Source of the DNA: Patescibacteria group bacterium
Lineage (GTDB): Bacteria; Patescibacteriota; Patescibacteriia; Patescibacteriales; UBA12465
DNA: 64,000 nt
Direction of reading: 5' to 3'
NCBI GenBank assembly: GCA_035269015.1
Contig: DATFJU010000016.1
Span: 4,610-68,609, forward strand
Part shown: positions 1 to 9,391 of the stretch, piece after piece
How the letters are laid out: every line of letters begins with the position of its first letter
How positions within the stretch are numbered: position 1 is the stretch's first letter
Program-made: the position numbers and the translations under genes
The notes under the pieces: model-generated
Database searches by the model: none
What the model was told of the DNA's origin: nothing
Seen by the model: the letters and a program-made list of their open reading frames with translations, nothing else

Positions 1-759
1 ACTTATTTAGGGCTCGCTTTATCTTTAATACTGGTAGTTTGGTTTTTAAATAAATATAAAAATATTAAGTTTAATTTGTGGGATATTTTCCTTTTTATTT
101 TTTTCTTATATTTTGCAATTAGCTCAAAAAGACACTTTCCTTTATTTTTTATCGCTACTGCGCCAGTAATAATTTATTTGCTTAATCAGATATTTGTTGA
201 GAATAAAGACGTTTTCACTACTTCTTATCTCAAAAAGTATATAAGTATTAAATATATTAAATATTTCATTTTCTTTATGTATATTTTGGTTATTAGTTCA
301 CTTTTATCACAAATTAAATTTACTAACACCCCTTTTTCAAGCTATTGTTATAAATATCCTTGTGCAGCAGTAAATTTTATACAAAATAATGAAGAATTAA
401 AAACAAAAAAAATATTTAATAAATACTCTTGGGGAGGCTATTTAATTTGGTCATTCCCGAAAACTCAAATATTTATTGATGGTCGCATGCCCCAACTTGA
501 ATATAAAAAGCATACATTTTTGGAAGAATATTTTGAATTTTTTGAAGAAGGTAAAGTTGAGAAAAAGCTTAATGAATATAATATAGAGCTTGTGCTAATA
601 GAAAATAATAAAAATGAAGAAGATAATAGTTGGTTTGAAAAAAAGGTGTTAAAATTAAATCATAAGGAAAAAAATAATTATTTGCATGATTATTTAGAAT
701 CTAATAAAAGCTGGAAAAAAGCTTTTTCTAATGGGGTAAGTATTATTTATATAAGATAA
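1..759 (+). CDS. C-terminal part of a polytopic membrane protein, open at the left window edge (possibly a GT-C/ArnT-like glycosyltransferase)
   Basis: Frame 1 has no stop from base 1 to the listed TTG at 76, so the gene begins upstream of the window. The N-part is hydrophobic and TM-like, followed by a soluble K/E/N-rich tail. It lies directly upstream of a GT2 and a sugar dehydrogenase. The family assignment is a guess from context only. Confidence 0.4.
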   Translation, partial: TYLGLALSLILVVWFLNKYKNIKFNLWDIFLFIFFLYFAISSKRHFPLFFIATAPVIIYLLNQIFVENKDVFTTSYLKKYISIKYIKYFIFFMYILVISSLLSQIKFTNTPFSSYCYKYPCAAVNFIQNNEELKTKKIFNKYSWGGYLIWSFPKTQIFIDGRMPQLEYKKHTFLEEYFEFFEEGKVEKKLNEYNIELVLIENNKNEEDNSWFEKKVLKLNHKEKNNYLHDYLESNKSWKKAFSNGVSIIYIR

Positions 760-766
760 ATATAAT

Positions 767-1522
767 ATGACTATAGATATCTGTTTACCAGCTTATAATG
801 AGCAGTTAATACTTAAAAAAAATACAATTAAAATATTAAATTATTTAAATAATTTAGAAAATTATTTTAATTGGCATATATACATAGTTGTTAACGGTTC
901 AAGCGATAATAGTGTAAATATTGCGAAAGAAATTAGTAATAAAAATGCTAGAGTCTCCTTTTATGAACTTAAACAAGGAGGTAAGGGTAGGGCTATAAAA
1001 TATTTATGGCAAAAAAGTGAAGCAGATTATTTTATCTATATGGATATAGATTTAGCAGTATCTCTTGAATCTTTACCCTTTCTTGTTAAACATTTAAAAA
1101 ATGGTTATGATCTTGTTTGGGGGTCAAGACATTTAAGAAAGTCAGAGGTTAAAAGGAACATGTTTAGAAGCTTTAGCTCTTTAGCGTATAATGTTTTTTC
1201 AAAAACTATGTTAAATCATAGTTATTCTGATTTACAATGTGGTTTTAAAGGTATTAATAATAATATTAAAGATAGTGTTTTACCTAAAATAGAGGATAAT
1301 AATTGGTTTTTTGATACTGAGTTAATTGTTTGGTCAGAAAATTTAGATTATAAATTAAAAGAAATTCCTGTTAATTGGCAAGAAGATAGATATCAAGAAA
1401 GAAAAAGTAAGGTTAAAATTTTTAAAGATGCTAAATCTTTTATGTATAAAACAATAAAGTTAAGAGAAAGACTAAAGGGTTATAAAAAAATTAAACAAGA
1501 ACAAAAACAATATGAAAAATAA
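767..1522 (+). CDS. Glycosyltransferase family 2 (polyprenyl-phosphate sugar synthase-like)
   Basis: GT-A style N-terminus (DICLPAYNE), an NGSSDNS segment, a DxD-like YMDIDL motif and a basic C-terminal tail. It starts 8 nt after the preceding ORF. Confidence 0.8.
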   Translation: MTIDICLPAYNEQLILKKNTIKILNYLNNLENYFNWHIYIVVNGSSDNSVNIAKEISNKNARVSFYELKQGGKGRAIKYLWQKSEADYFIYMDIDLAVSLESLPFLVKHLKNGYDLVWGSRHLRKSEVKRNMFRSFSSLAYNVFSKTMLNHSYSDLQCGFKGINNNIKDSVLPKIEDNNWFFDTELIVWSENLDYKLKEIPVNWQEDRYQERKSKVKIFKDAKSFMYKTIKLRERLKGYKKIKQEQKQYEK

Positions 1523-2390
1523 TATTAAGGTAGGATTTATAGGCCAAGGATTTATAGGTGGTAATATGGCAAAAGATTTTGAGAAAAGAGGTTATAATAT
1601 AGTAAGATATGATTTAGATAAATTTTCTCATAATAAGGAACTAATAAAAACTTGTGATTATGTATTTATAGCAGTTCCAACGCCAACAACACCCAAAGGA
1701 TTTAATTGTGACATAATTTTTAATGTAATTAATTTAGTTGGAGAGGGTAAAACAGCTATCATAAAATCAACGATTAAGGTGGGAACTACTGATGAATTAC
1801 AAAAAATTCATACTGATAAATTTATAATGCACTCCCCGGAGTTTCTTACAGAAAAAAATGCTGAAAATGATACAATATATCCAGAAAGAAATGTTATAGG
1901 TTATACTGAAAAATCAAAAGAAAAGGCAGATGAAGTTTTAGAAATATTACCAAAGGCAAGGTTTAATTTTAAAATAAAAGCAAAAGAGGCTGAACTTGTT
2001 AAATACATGGGAAACAACCTGCTAATGGCTAAAGTATTATTTGCTAATATTTTTTATAATATAGCTGAAGAAAATGGAGCTGATTATAATAAAATAGCCA
2101 ACGTGGTAGGCCATGATTCAAGAATAGGGTTAAGTCATTTAAAAATAAAACATCAATCAGGGATTGATGGTGGAGTTGGAAGAGGTGCTGGAGGGCATTG
2201 TTTTATTAAGGATATGGCTACTTTAGTTGAAATGGCTTCAGAGTGTGATATGAAGAAAAAAGAAAATAAATTAGGACTGGAAATATTAAAAAAATATGTA
2301 GAATTTAATAATTACTTACTAATAATTTCTGAGAAAGACTTAGATTTATTAAAAGGTGTTTATAATATAGATGAAGAAAATGAAAAATAA
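1512..2390 (+). CDS. UDP-glucose/GDP-mannose dehydrogenase family protein (short form)
   Basis: Rossmann motif GFIGQGFIGG. Also PEFLTEKNA and GRGAGGHCFIKD, the latter carrying the catalytic Cys context of the UDPG/MGDP dehydrogenase family. At 292 aa it appears to lack the usual C-terminal domain. It overlaps the GT2 gene by 11 nt. Confidence 0.7.
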   Translation: MKNNIKVGFIGQGFIGGNMAKDFEKRGYNIVRYDLDKFSHNKELIKTCDYVFIAVPTPTTPKGFNCDIIFNVINLVGEGKTAIIKSTIKVGTTDELQKIHTDKFIMHSPEFLTEKNAENDTIYPERNVIGYTEKSKEKADEVLEILPKARFNFKIKAKEAELVKYMGNNLLMAKVLFANIFYNIAEENGADYNKIANVVGHDSRIGLSHLKIKHQSGIDGGVGRGAGGHCFIKDMATLVEMASECDMKKKENKLGLEILKKYVEFNNYLLIISEKDLDLLKGVYNIDEENEK

Positions 2391-2414
2391 ATAAAGATAA
2401 TAAAGTATGAATAT

Positions 2415-2446
2415 AAAAAAAGCTCCTTAAAAGGAGCTTTTTACTT
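2415..2446. terminator. Bidirectional intrinsic terminator between convergent genes
   Basis: agctcc (2421-2426) pairs with ggagct (2433-2438). The stem is flanked by an A-run on the left and a T-run on the right. Confidence 0.6.
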
Positions 2447-2462
2447 TTTTATTTTTTATTTT

Positions 2463-2876
2463 TTAAGGAATATACTTTTTGTACTCTTCGTCTTTTTTGT
2501 ACTCTTCTCTTTTTTTAGGTATTTTTTTAAACTCTTTAAAAATAAACATTAACCAAACAATAATTTCAATTAACCATAATATAAACCAAAAACGAGCTGA
2601 GAAAAAAGGAATTGTTTCTAGGTTAAAAAATAATATAAATAAAGCGATTATTGAGTTAGCTATTGAAAAATTAAATAACTTGACATAAATCTTTTGGTAA
2701 ATACTCTTTTTCTTTTTTAGTTGTGCGAATGCAAAGCTGGCAATAATAAAAATTGCAGTTATAGTGTATAAAATGTTTTGGTATAAAGGAAGTAGTTTAG
2801 GAGGGTGACTGGTTATCCAGAATTTTAATGTAAGTAAGTTGTTCATATTTTTATAATTTAGAAAATAATAATCCAT
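2463..2876 (-). CDS. Small integral membrane protein, unknown function
   Basis: Three or four hydrophobic segments and a KKxEEYKK tail. An internal Met (MNNLL, start at 2846) would remove the overlap with the upstream gene. Confidence 0.5.
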   Translation of the reverse strand: MDYYFLNYKNMNNLLTLKFWITSHPPKLLPLYQNILYTITAIFIIASFAFAQLKKKKSIYQKIYVKLFNFSIANSIIALFILFFNLETIPFFSARFWFILWLIEIIVWLMFIFKEFKKIPKKREEYKKDEEYKKYIP

Positions 2877-3399
2877 AGTGGAATTCTCCTGCTGAAAATT
2901 CTCTATCTAATTTTAAACCTAATTTAGGGGCCGCGTCAATAATAGCTTCTTTTTTTACTTTTTTTTCTGGTTTAGGACCAAAAGGTAGTTCTTTATTAAG
3001 CCATTCTACAATTAATAATTTTCCTTTCTTTTTTATCATTCTAGAGGCTTCTCTTAGAATATCAGCTCTTTTATCCGATTGATTTAAGGTGTTAATTAGC
3101 ATTGCTACATCCAGGGAGTTATTTTCAATCTTGGCTCCCTTCCATTTCTCTAGGTTAGTCCAAACGGTTTTAATTTGAGTTAGATTTTCTTTCTTGGCTT
3201 GTTTCTCAACTTCTTTTAAGTGTTGTTTTTGTATATCTACTGCATAAGCAATACCATGATTACCTGTCATTTTTGCGGTTGCTAATATAAAATAACCAAA
3301 TTTACCACAACCAAGATCAGCGACCTTTTGGCCACTTTCTATAGGCACTTCTTGTAAAGTAGAGTCAATGTCTAAAAGTAATCTTTTATTTTTTTTCAT
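2851..3399 (-). CDS. Class I SAM-dependent methyltransferase
   Basis: Motif I-like VADLGCGKFGYF and the length expected for a Rossmann-type methyltransferase. Confidence 0.7.
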   Translation of the reverse strand: MKKNKRLLLDIDSTLQEVPIESGQKVADLGCGKFGYFILATAKMTGNHGIAYAVDIQKQHLKEVEKQAKKENLTQIKTVWTNLEKWKGAKIENNSLDVAMLINTLNQSDKRADILREASRMIKKKGKLLIVEWLNKELPFGPKPEKKVKKEAIIDAAPKLGLKLDREFSAGEFHYGLLFSKL

Positions 3400-3413
3400 A
3401 TATTAAATTAATA

Positions 3414-4079
3414 TTATTCTAGTTTTATTTGTCTAGTTTTAGTATTAGTGCGACTGTATCTTTGCTTAGCTTCAATAGTTATTTTATTTAAACCTTTTTT
3501 TAGATTAATTTCTTTTTCAAAATAACCATTATATTCAATAAGAACTGTGGATCCATTAATATATACTTCTGTTTCTGGCTCCGTTTCTCCTTTAACAACA
3601 ATAGGGTTTTTATCTGTTGTCTGATTGGCTAAAGGATAAATAATTTTTAATTGCGGTGGTGATACTAAATTATTAAAATAAAAGGCTAAATAAAGAAGAA
3701 AAGCTAGGGCTACAATTACTATTAATACAGTTCTAATAATTCTAGGAAATACTAAAAATCTTTTTTTTGACAGTTTTTTGTGGGAAAAATAGTTTGGCTG
3801 TGAATTAGTATTTATTAAAAGTTTTTCTATATATTTATCAACATCTTCTTGATCTAAATTTAAATATTTACTATATTGTTTAATAAATTTTTTAGCGTAC
3901 AATCCACCAGGTATACTTTTAATGTCATTATCCTCCAGTGATTTAAGATATTTTTTCTTTATACCAACGCTTTTCACTACCCTCTCTAAACTTAAGTGCT
4001 GCTTTTCTCTAGCATTTTTTAATTTTTCACCTAAACTTTTTGGTTTTTCAAACAAATTCTTTTTTTTAAAAGTTACCAT
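3414..4079 (-). CDS. RodZ-like helix-turn-helix membrane protein
   Basis: An N-terminal XRE-type HTH (GEKLKNAREKQHLSLERVVKSVGIKKKYLKSLE), a single TM segment, and a C-terminal beta-rich extracytoplasmic domain. Confidence 0.6.
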   Translation of the reverse strand: MVTFKKKNLFEKPKSLGEKLKNAREKQHLSLERVVKSVGIKKKYLKSLEDNDIKSIPGGLYAKKFIKQYSKYLNLDQEDVDKYIEKLLINTNSQPNYFSHKKLSKKRFLVFPRIIRTVLIVIVALAFLLYLAFYFNNLVSPPQLKIIYPLANQTTDKNPIVVKGETEPETEVYINGSTVLIEYNGYFEKEINLKKGLNKITIEAKQRYSRTNTKTRQIKLE

Positions 4080-4090
4080 AGGTATTATGA

Positions 4091-4525
4091 TTATGGAGCG
4101 GTGTTCCAGCTTGCAGCATTTTCATAACCTACCGTGTCAAGCACAAACTGAATAATTAAATAACTAGCAAAAACTATAAGTAGTCCAATAACAGCGCTAA
4201 TCATAAGTTTCTTAGCTTTAGCCACTTTTTCTTGATTACCTCCTGAGACAAGAAACATTAGCCCACCTATTATAAACATTATAAGAGCAATTGATCCTAT
4301 AAAACCAAAAATTGTAGTATAAGAGGCTTCTATTATTTTAATAAAATCATTTAAACCACAGTCTCCTCTTTCATAACAAGCTGTTCCTAAAGTGTCCGCA
4401 CTAATTATTGGTGCTGCATGTGCTTCTGATGGACCTGCTGTTAAATTACTTATAAATCCTAAGCCTAATATTGCAAAGAACATAAATATGGATAGTACTT
4501 GTTTTTTGTATTTTTTTAGTTTCAT
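4091..4525 (-). CDS. TrbC/VirB2-like (T4SS-pilin-like) secreted membrane protein
   Basis: A signal peptide ending AHAAP, a Cys pair (CYERGDC), then two TM helices separated by the GGNQEKVAKAKK loop. This is the architecture I recognise from the VirB2-like pilin family that is abundant in CPR bacteria. Confidence 0.5.
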   Translation of the reverse strand: MKLKKYKKQVLSIFMFFAILGLGFISNLTAGPSEAHAAPIISADTLGTACYERGDCGLNDFIKIIEASYTTIFGFIGSIALIMFIIGGLMFLVSGGNQEKVAKAKKLMISAVIGLLIVFASYLIIQFVLDTVGYENAASWNTAP

Positions 4526-4530
4526 TTTTT

Positions 4531-5907
4531 TTAGTTTATAGTTTGTTGTACTTTTGAAGCTGCTAAATTGATTGCTTCTATTAGTTCGGATTCTTTATTT
4601 ATTATTGAATCAATCATCTCTCCCATTATTTCTTCCATAGCTTGAGGGCTCTCCCCTTGATACCAGCTTCTAGCTGTTAAAGTTTGGTTAGCAAATATAC
4701 TTAACTCAGGGTTTTCTATCTCTTGTTCACTAATTATTGAGCGTATAGCTGTTGGTTTGTTGGTTTCATCTAAATAGCTAGTAACTTGTTCCTGGCTAGT
4801 AGCAAAATGTATAAAGTCCCAAGCTTCATCAGCATATTTACTCTTTTTTGAAACTACTTCTATCCAATAGTTAGCAAAGTTAATATCAATAGGGTTTCCT
4901 TCAATTTGAGGCATTTTAGCTACTGAGAAGTTTAATTTAGGAGCTCTGTTTTTAATATCTTCTAAACTATAGGAATAACTAAAAGTTAAAGCTAAATTAC
5001 CACTAATAAACATTTCCATGGAAGAATTTAAATCTTCATTCCAGCTATAAACCTCTTTAGTTGGATTAGAAAAGTCTGTATAAAAACGGAGAGCCTCTAA
5101 ACCAGGATTATAGTCGTCACTTTTAAAAGCAGGAGGGATGGAGTGAAATTGTACTTGATTACTATCATTTAACATAATAGCTCCATTTTGCATCATAAGT
5201 AGCGACAATATATCACTATATCGCTCAATATTATCACTACCACCGAGAGAAACTCCGGATTGAATTATGCCGTAACGATTATCGTGTTTAGTTAACTTTT
5301 TGACACTTTGCTGAAATTCACTGTTCCAGTATTTAGGAATTGTAGCAATACCAGCATTATTCAAGAGACTACGATTATAATATAAAGCTAAAGTATCTAC
5401 ATACATGGGCAGTCCGTATATTTTATTGTCATCAAAAACAACATCATGACTTACCACATCTACAAATATATCTTTTAATTGCTTAGGACTAATAGTTCTT
5501 TTAGTTCTAAGTTCAGGAATAATCTCTTTTTTTATTGAACCTTTTTCAACAGGATAGGCCATGGTAATTTGCTCAGGTAGTGGTTTAATTTTATTTTCAT
5601 ATTTTTTCATCCAAGTATTGTGAATAGAAAACATGTCAGGACCCCTGTCTTCAGCTAAAGCGTTTAAAAGCTCATCTTCATATTCTTCATAACGAAGCTT
5701 CTTGTATTCAATATTTATAAAGGGATGAATTCTGTTGTAGTTTTTTATAATTTCTTCAAAAGTGTCTGGCCCGTCAAAAACACGCCAGTATTCAAGAGTA
5801 ATTGGCTTCATAGCTTCTTGAACTTCTTTATCTACTCCTTTACAACCAAAACCAGAAGTTAGTATGAATAATAAAAGTAATGAGATTGCTATAATTTTAT
5901 TTTTCAT
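4531..5907 (-). CDS. Extracellular solute-binding lipoprotein (ABC sugar-type SBP, family 1)
   Basis: A lipobox (TSGFGC), about 458 aa, and SBP_bac_1-like sequence character. No permease or ATPase gene is adjacent. Confidence 0.7.
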   Translation of the reverse strand: MKNKIIAISLLLLFILTSGFGCKGVDKEVQEAMKPITLEYWRVFDGPDTFEEIIKNYNRIHPFINIEYKKLRYEEYEDELLNALAEDRGPDMFSIHNTWMKKYENKIKPLPEQITMAYPVEKGSIKKEIIPELRTKRTISPKQLKDIFVDVVSHDVVFDDNKIYGLPMYVDTLALYYNRSLLNNAGIATIPKYWNSEFQQSVKKLTKHDNRYGIIQSGVSLGGSDNIERYSDILSLLMMQNGAIMLNDSNQVQFHSIPPAFKSDDYNPGLEALRFYTDFSNPTKEVYSWNEDLNSSMEMFISGNLALTFSYSYSLEDIKNRAPKLNFSVAKMPQIEGNPIDINFANYWIEVVSKKSKYADEAWDFIHFATSQEQVTSYLDETNKPTAIRSIISEQEIENPELSIFANQTLTARSWYQGESPQAMEEIMGEMIDSIINKESELIEAINLAASKVQQTIN

Positions 5908-5925
5908 AAAATTATCAATAAATTA

Positions 5926-5957
5926 AATAAATATAAGACTTAAGTCTTATATTTATT
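5926..5957. promoter_or_regulatory. Perfect 32-bp palindrome between the smc stop and the SBP start
   Basis: aataaatataagactt (5926-5941) is the exact reverse complement of aagtcttatatttatt (5942-5957). It lies 18 nt upstream of the SBP ATG on the minus strand. It could be a terminator hairpin or an operator. Confidence 0.4.
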
Positions 5958-5991
5958 ATAGCAAAAAAATTAATATATACGAAATAGTTTT

Positions 5992-8631
5992 TTATTTTTT
6001 TCTGTTAAGATTTTTTATGTCTGATTGAGTTTTGATATCTTCTAATTTAACACTGAGTAAATGGCTAACTCCATTGTCAGACATAGTAATTCCATATAGT
6101 AAGCTAGCCTTGCGCATGGAAGCTCTGTTATGAGTAACTACGATAAATTGAGTCTTGTGTGATAGTTCATCTAAAATATTTGCTAAACGTTCAGAGTTAG
6201 ATTCATCTAAAGCAGCATCTACTTCATCTAAAACTACAAAGGGTGCAGGATTAGCGCTAATAATAGCACAAATTAAAGCAATAGCGGTTAAAGCTCTTTC
6301 TCCACCAGAAAGCATATTAATAGACTTAATTTTTTTACCAGGAGGGCAAGCTTGTATATCAATACCGCTTAGGCCAGTAGTATCGTGTTTCTTTAAAAAT
6401 CTAATCTTCTCAGTTTCAGTTTTATTTTCTTCTTGGTCTTTCTTGTCATCTTTATTATCTAGGCTATTTAATTTATTTAAGCTAGCCTTACCTCCGCTAA
6501 ATAGTTGTTTAAAGTATTTTTTAAAATTTTCTTCAATCACTTTAAATTCCTTATCAAATTGTTTTTTAATAGTATAATCAAGTTCACTTATTATTTTTTC
6601 TAATGATTTAATGCTATTAGATAAATCTTCGCTTTGTTTACTTAAGAAATCAAAACGTTCTTTAGTGCTGTTATATTCTTGTTCTGTTTCAGGATCTATA
6701 CCGCCAATTTGTTCAAGTTGTCTTTTGTTTGACTCAATCTTGCTATATGTTTTATCTCTATTTAGTTCGTAATTGACTTTAGTATCTTTTATCTTTCTTA
6801 GTGATAATTCATTTCTTCTAATTTCATTTTCTAGATCTTCTAAACGGGTTTCCTTTCTAGCTGCTTGTATTCTTAAATCATTTAATTTTATGCTAACACT
6901 ATTTATTTCTTGTTGAATTCTTTGAACTTTTTTTTGTAGGTCAAAGAGTTCTTGTCTTTGCTCTTTTTCTTTATTGTCTAAAGCAGACAAATCTTGGTTT
7001 AGTGCTCGTTCTACTTGTTTGCATTTATTTAGACTTGATAACAATTCTTTCTTTTCTTGTTCTAAGTTTTCAGAATTATCTGTTTTTTCAGTATTTTTTT
7101 GTTTAGATAGCTTATCAATTATGTCTTGGAGCTCGCTTTTTATGTTATTTTTCTCTCCCTTTTTATTATTTAAAAGTTCTTGTAATTTAAATTTTTCCAA
7201 TTTTTTAGCTTGCTCATTTTCTAAAAGTTGAGCTTTTTTGTTTCCATGGTTCTCAATTTCTGCTTGTATTTTTTGTATTTCGTTTTCTTGTTTTTCGTTT
7301 TGATTTTCATTATTTAGAATTGGTTTGATTTTTTCTTTAAATTCAATTTGTAGTTTTTTAACTTCTTCTTTTAAATTAGGCTCGTTAACATCTAGATTGT
7401 TGAACTTGTTAGCAAAATCTTGGATAAGGGTTTTAAGCTCTGGCTGTTTTTGACTAAACTTAAGTATTTGTGTGTTTAGTTGTTTAATTTTCTCATTTAA
7501 ATTATCTATTTCTGGATTGCTTTTTTCTTGTTGTTCTTGGTTTAATCTTGTTTCTAAATTAATAATTTCTTTATTAATCTCTCCTTTTTTATTTTTTAAT
7601 TCTGTTTCTTTTTGATATAACCAAGATAGGTCAAATTTTCCTTGAGCCTCTAGGTTTATTTCTAGTTTAGCTTCAATTTGGGCTAATTTACGATTATATT
7701 CTTGAATAGAAATTTGTTCTTGGGAAAGTTTATTTTTAATTTCTATTTTTTCTTCACTTTCTTGATTGTTTTTTTCTAGTTCAAATAACTTGTTATTAAT
7801 TTTATTTAAGTCTTCATTTTTATTTCTTTCTATAGTTTCCTGTTCCAACGCCTGATTGTTTGTTGTGCTTAAAGAGCTATTTAATTCTTGCCAAAGTAGA
7901 CTATAGTAATTGTATTGGAGATTTTTTAGCTCATCTTCTAGTTGTGATCTTTTTTTAAGTTTTTCAACCTGGCGCGTTAGGCTTTTTAGTCTAGGCTCAA
8001 TCTCTGTAATGAGAAGACTTGCTTGTTCTAAATTATCGTAACTGTTTATTAATTTATTTAAAGCCAGGTCTCTTTTAATTTGGTATTTTTTTACTCCAGT
8101 AGCTTCATCAAAGAAGTCTTTTCTTTCTGCTGGAGAGGTGTTTAAAAAGTTTTCTACAGTTCCTTGGCCAATTACACTATATGTTTTTTGTCCAAAATTG
8201 GCTTTTGCTAGTAGCATTTGCACATCAGACAATCTCACTTTTTGATTATTAATTAAATATTGACTTTCTCCGCTTCTGAATAGCTTTCTGGTTATAACAA
8301 TGTTTTTGTATTGCAAAAATGATTCAGAGTCTTTTTCAATATCGTTATTTTCATTATTTAAATATAAAGAAACCTCAGCCATGCCGAGTTGTCCTTTTTT
8401 ATCAGATCCTGAGAAGATTACATCTTCGCTTTTTTTACCTCTTAAGGTTTTAGTACTTTGCTCTCCTAGCGCCCAACGTACAGCGTCAGCAATATTCGAT
8501 TTTCCTGACCCATTTGGGCCTACTACTGCAGTTAGACCTCTTTTGTCTTTAGAAACAAAACCAGGAAAGACTAAGGTGTTTTTATTTGCAAAGGATTTAA
8601 ATCCTTGTATTTCAAGTTTTTCTAAATACAT
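5992..8631 (-). CDS. smc: SMC chromosome segregation ATPase, short form without a recognisable hinge
   Basis: N-terminal head with FKSF and Walker A GPNGSGKSN plus AVRWALGEQS. C-terminal head with the signature LSGGERALTAIAL and Walker B FVVLDEVDAALD. The roughly 500 aa in between are heptad-like K/E/Q/N-rich coiled coil. Confidence 0.85.
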   Translation of the reverse strand: MYLEKLEIQGFKSFANKNTLVFPGFVSKDKRGLTAVVGPNGSGKSNIADAVRWALGEQSTKTLRGKKSEDVIFSGSDKKGQLGMAEVSLYLNNENNDIEKDSESFLQYKNIVITRKLFRSGESQYLINNQKVRLSDVQMLLAKANFGQKTYSVIGQGTVENFLNTSPAERKDFFDEATGVKKYQIKRDLALNKLINSYDNLEQASLLITEIEPRLKSLTRQVEKLKKRSQLEDELKNLQYNYYSLLWQELNSSLSTTNNQALEQETIERNKNEDLNKINNKLFELEKNNQESEEKIEIKNKLSQEQISIQEYNRKLAQIEAKLEINLEAQGKFDLSWLYQKETELKNKKGEINKEIINLETRLNQEQQEKSNPEIDNLNEKIKQLNTQILKFSQKQPELKTLIQDFANKFNNLDVNEPNLKEEVKKLQIEFKEKIKPILNNENQNEKQENEIQKIQAEIENHGNKKAQLLENEQAKKLEKFKLQELLNNKKGEKNNIKSELQDIIDKLSKQKNTEKTDNSENLEQEKKELLSSLNKCKQVERALNQDLSALDNKEKEQRQELFDLQKKVQRIQQEINSVSIKLNDLRIQAARKETRLEDLENEIRRNELSLRKIKDTKVNYELNRDKTYSKIESNKRQLEQIGGIDPETEQEYNSTKERFDFLSKQSEDLSNSIKSLEKIISELDYTIKKQFDKEFKVIEENFKKYFKQLFSGGKASLNKLNSLDNKDDKKDQEENKTETEKIRFLKKHDTTGLSGIDIQACPPGKKIKSINMLSGGERALTAIALICAIISANPAPFVVLDEVDAALDESNSERLANILDELSHKTQFIVVTHNRASMRKASLLYGITMSDNGVSHLLSVKLEDIKTQSDIKNLNRKK

Positions 8632-8710
8632 ATAAAATAAAAAGCACTATTGTTTTAATAATATTAACATGCTACTTTTCTATTATAGTTTTAATCTTAT
8701 TTTTTATCAA

Positions 8711-9313
8711 ATGACTGAAGAAGAAAAGCAAATTATTGCCAAAAATATTGTAATTATTTCAGGCCCCTCTGGAGCCGGAGAGGATAGTATTATTAGAGCT
8801 GTATTAAAAGATTTGCCTGCTGAAAAAATTATTACCACTACTACCAGAAAAATGAGGGCAGAGGATAAAGAGGGGGTTTCATATTATTTTGTTAGCAGGG
8901 AAGAATTTAAAAAAGGTATAGTTAAAAATCAGTATATTGAATATGCTAAAGAATATAATGATAATTATTATGGTGTTAATGAAAATGAATTACTTAGAGT
9001 GGCTAGAAGCGGAAAAATTGGTATTTGGAAGATAGAGTATAAAGGAGTGATCACCGCTAAAAAACTATTTCCACAAATTAATGCAATATTTATCAATGCT
9101 CCTTTAGAAGATTTAAAAAGAAGAATTAAAAAAAGAGATAATCTCCCGAGCACTTATTTGGAAGAAAGAATGGCTTATACTAAAGAATGGTTAAAGAACA
9201 AGAGTATATATGATTATGAAATTGAAAATGGTGATGGAAATTTAGAAAAAGCTATAGAAGATTGCAAAAAATTATTAAAAGGTTTATATTCAGTTGACAA
9301 GACTAAAAATTAG
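8711..9313 (+). CDS. gmk: Guanylate kinase
   Basis: P-loop ISGPSGAGEDS, a TTTR segment and YYFVSREEF. I place the start at the ATG at 8711 (MTEEEKQ) rather than at 8669, because the extra 14 residues are hydrophobic junk. Confidence 0.85.
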   Translation: MTEEEKQIIAKNIVIISGPSGAGEDSIIRAVLKDLPAEKIITTTTRKMRAEDKEGVSYYFVSREEFKKGIVKNQYIEYAKEYNDNYYGVNENELLRVARSGKIGIWKIEYKGVITAKKLFPQINAIFINAPLEDLKRRIKKRDNLPSTYLEERMAYTKEWLKNKSIYDYEIENGDGNLEKAIEDCKKLLKGLYSVDKTKN

Positions 9314-9322
9314 TTATAAAAT
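9294..9322 (+). promoter_or_regulatory. Candidate sigma70-type promoter for rplS
   Basis: TTGACA (9294-9299), a 17-nt spacer, then TAAAAT (9317-9322). It lies inside the 3' end of gmk. Confidence 0.4.
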
Positions 9323-9391
9323 GACTTGTAGATAAAAATTAATCAAATGATTAATAGAACTTAAGTGTTCTATTTTATTTATTTTACTTTT

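Noticed and set aside
2479-4155. Antisense ORFs at 2479-2688 and 3922-4155
   Set aside because: They are fully embedded opposite better-supported genes, have no motifs and are of low complexity.
6155-8635. Antisense ORFs inside smc (6155-6577, 6974-7231, 8300-8635)
   Set aside because: They lie opposite a strongly supported SMC gene. They are S/F/L-rich low-complexity translations, as expected from the reverse complement of K/E/N-rich coding sequence.
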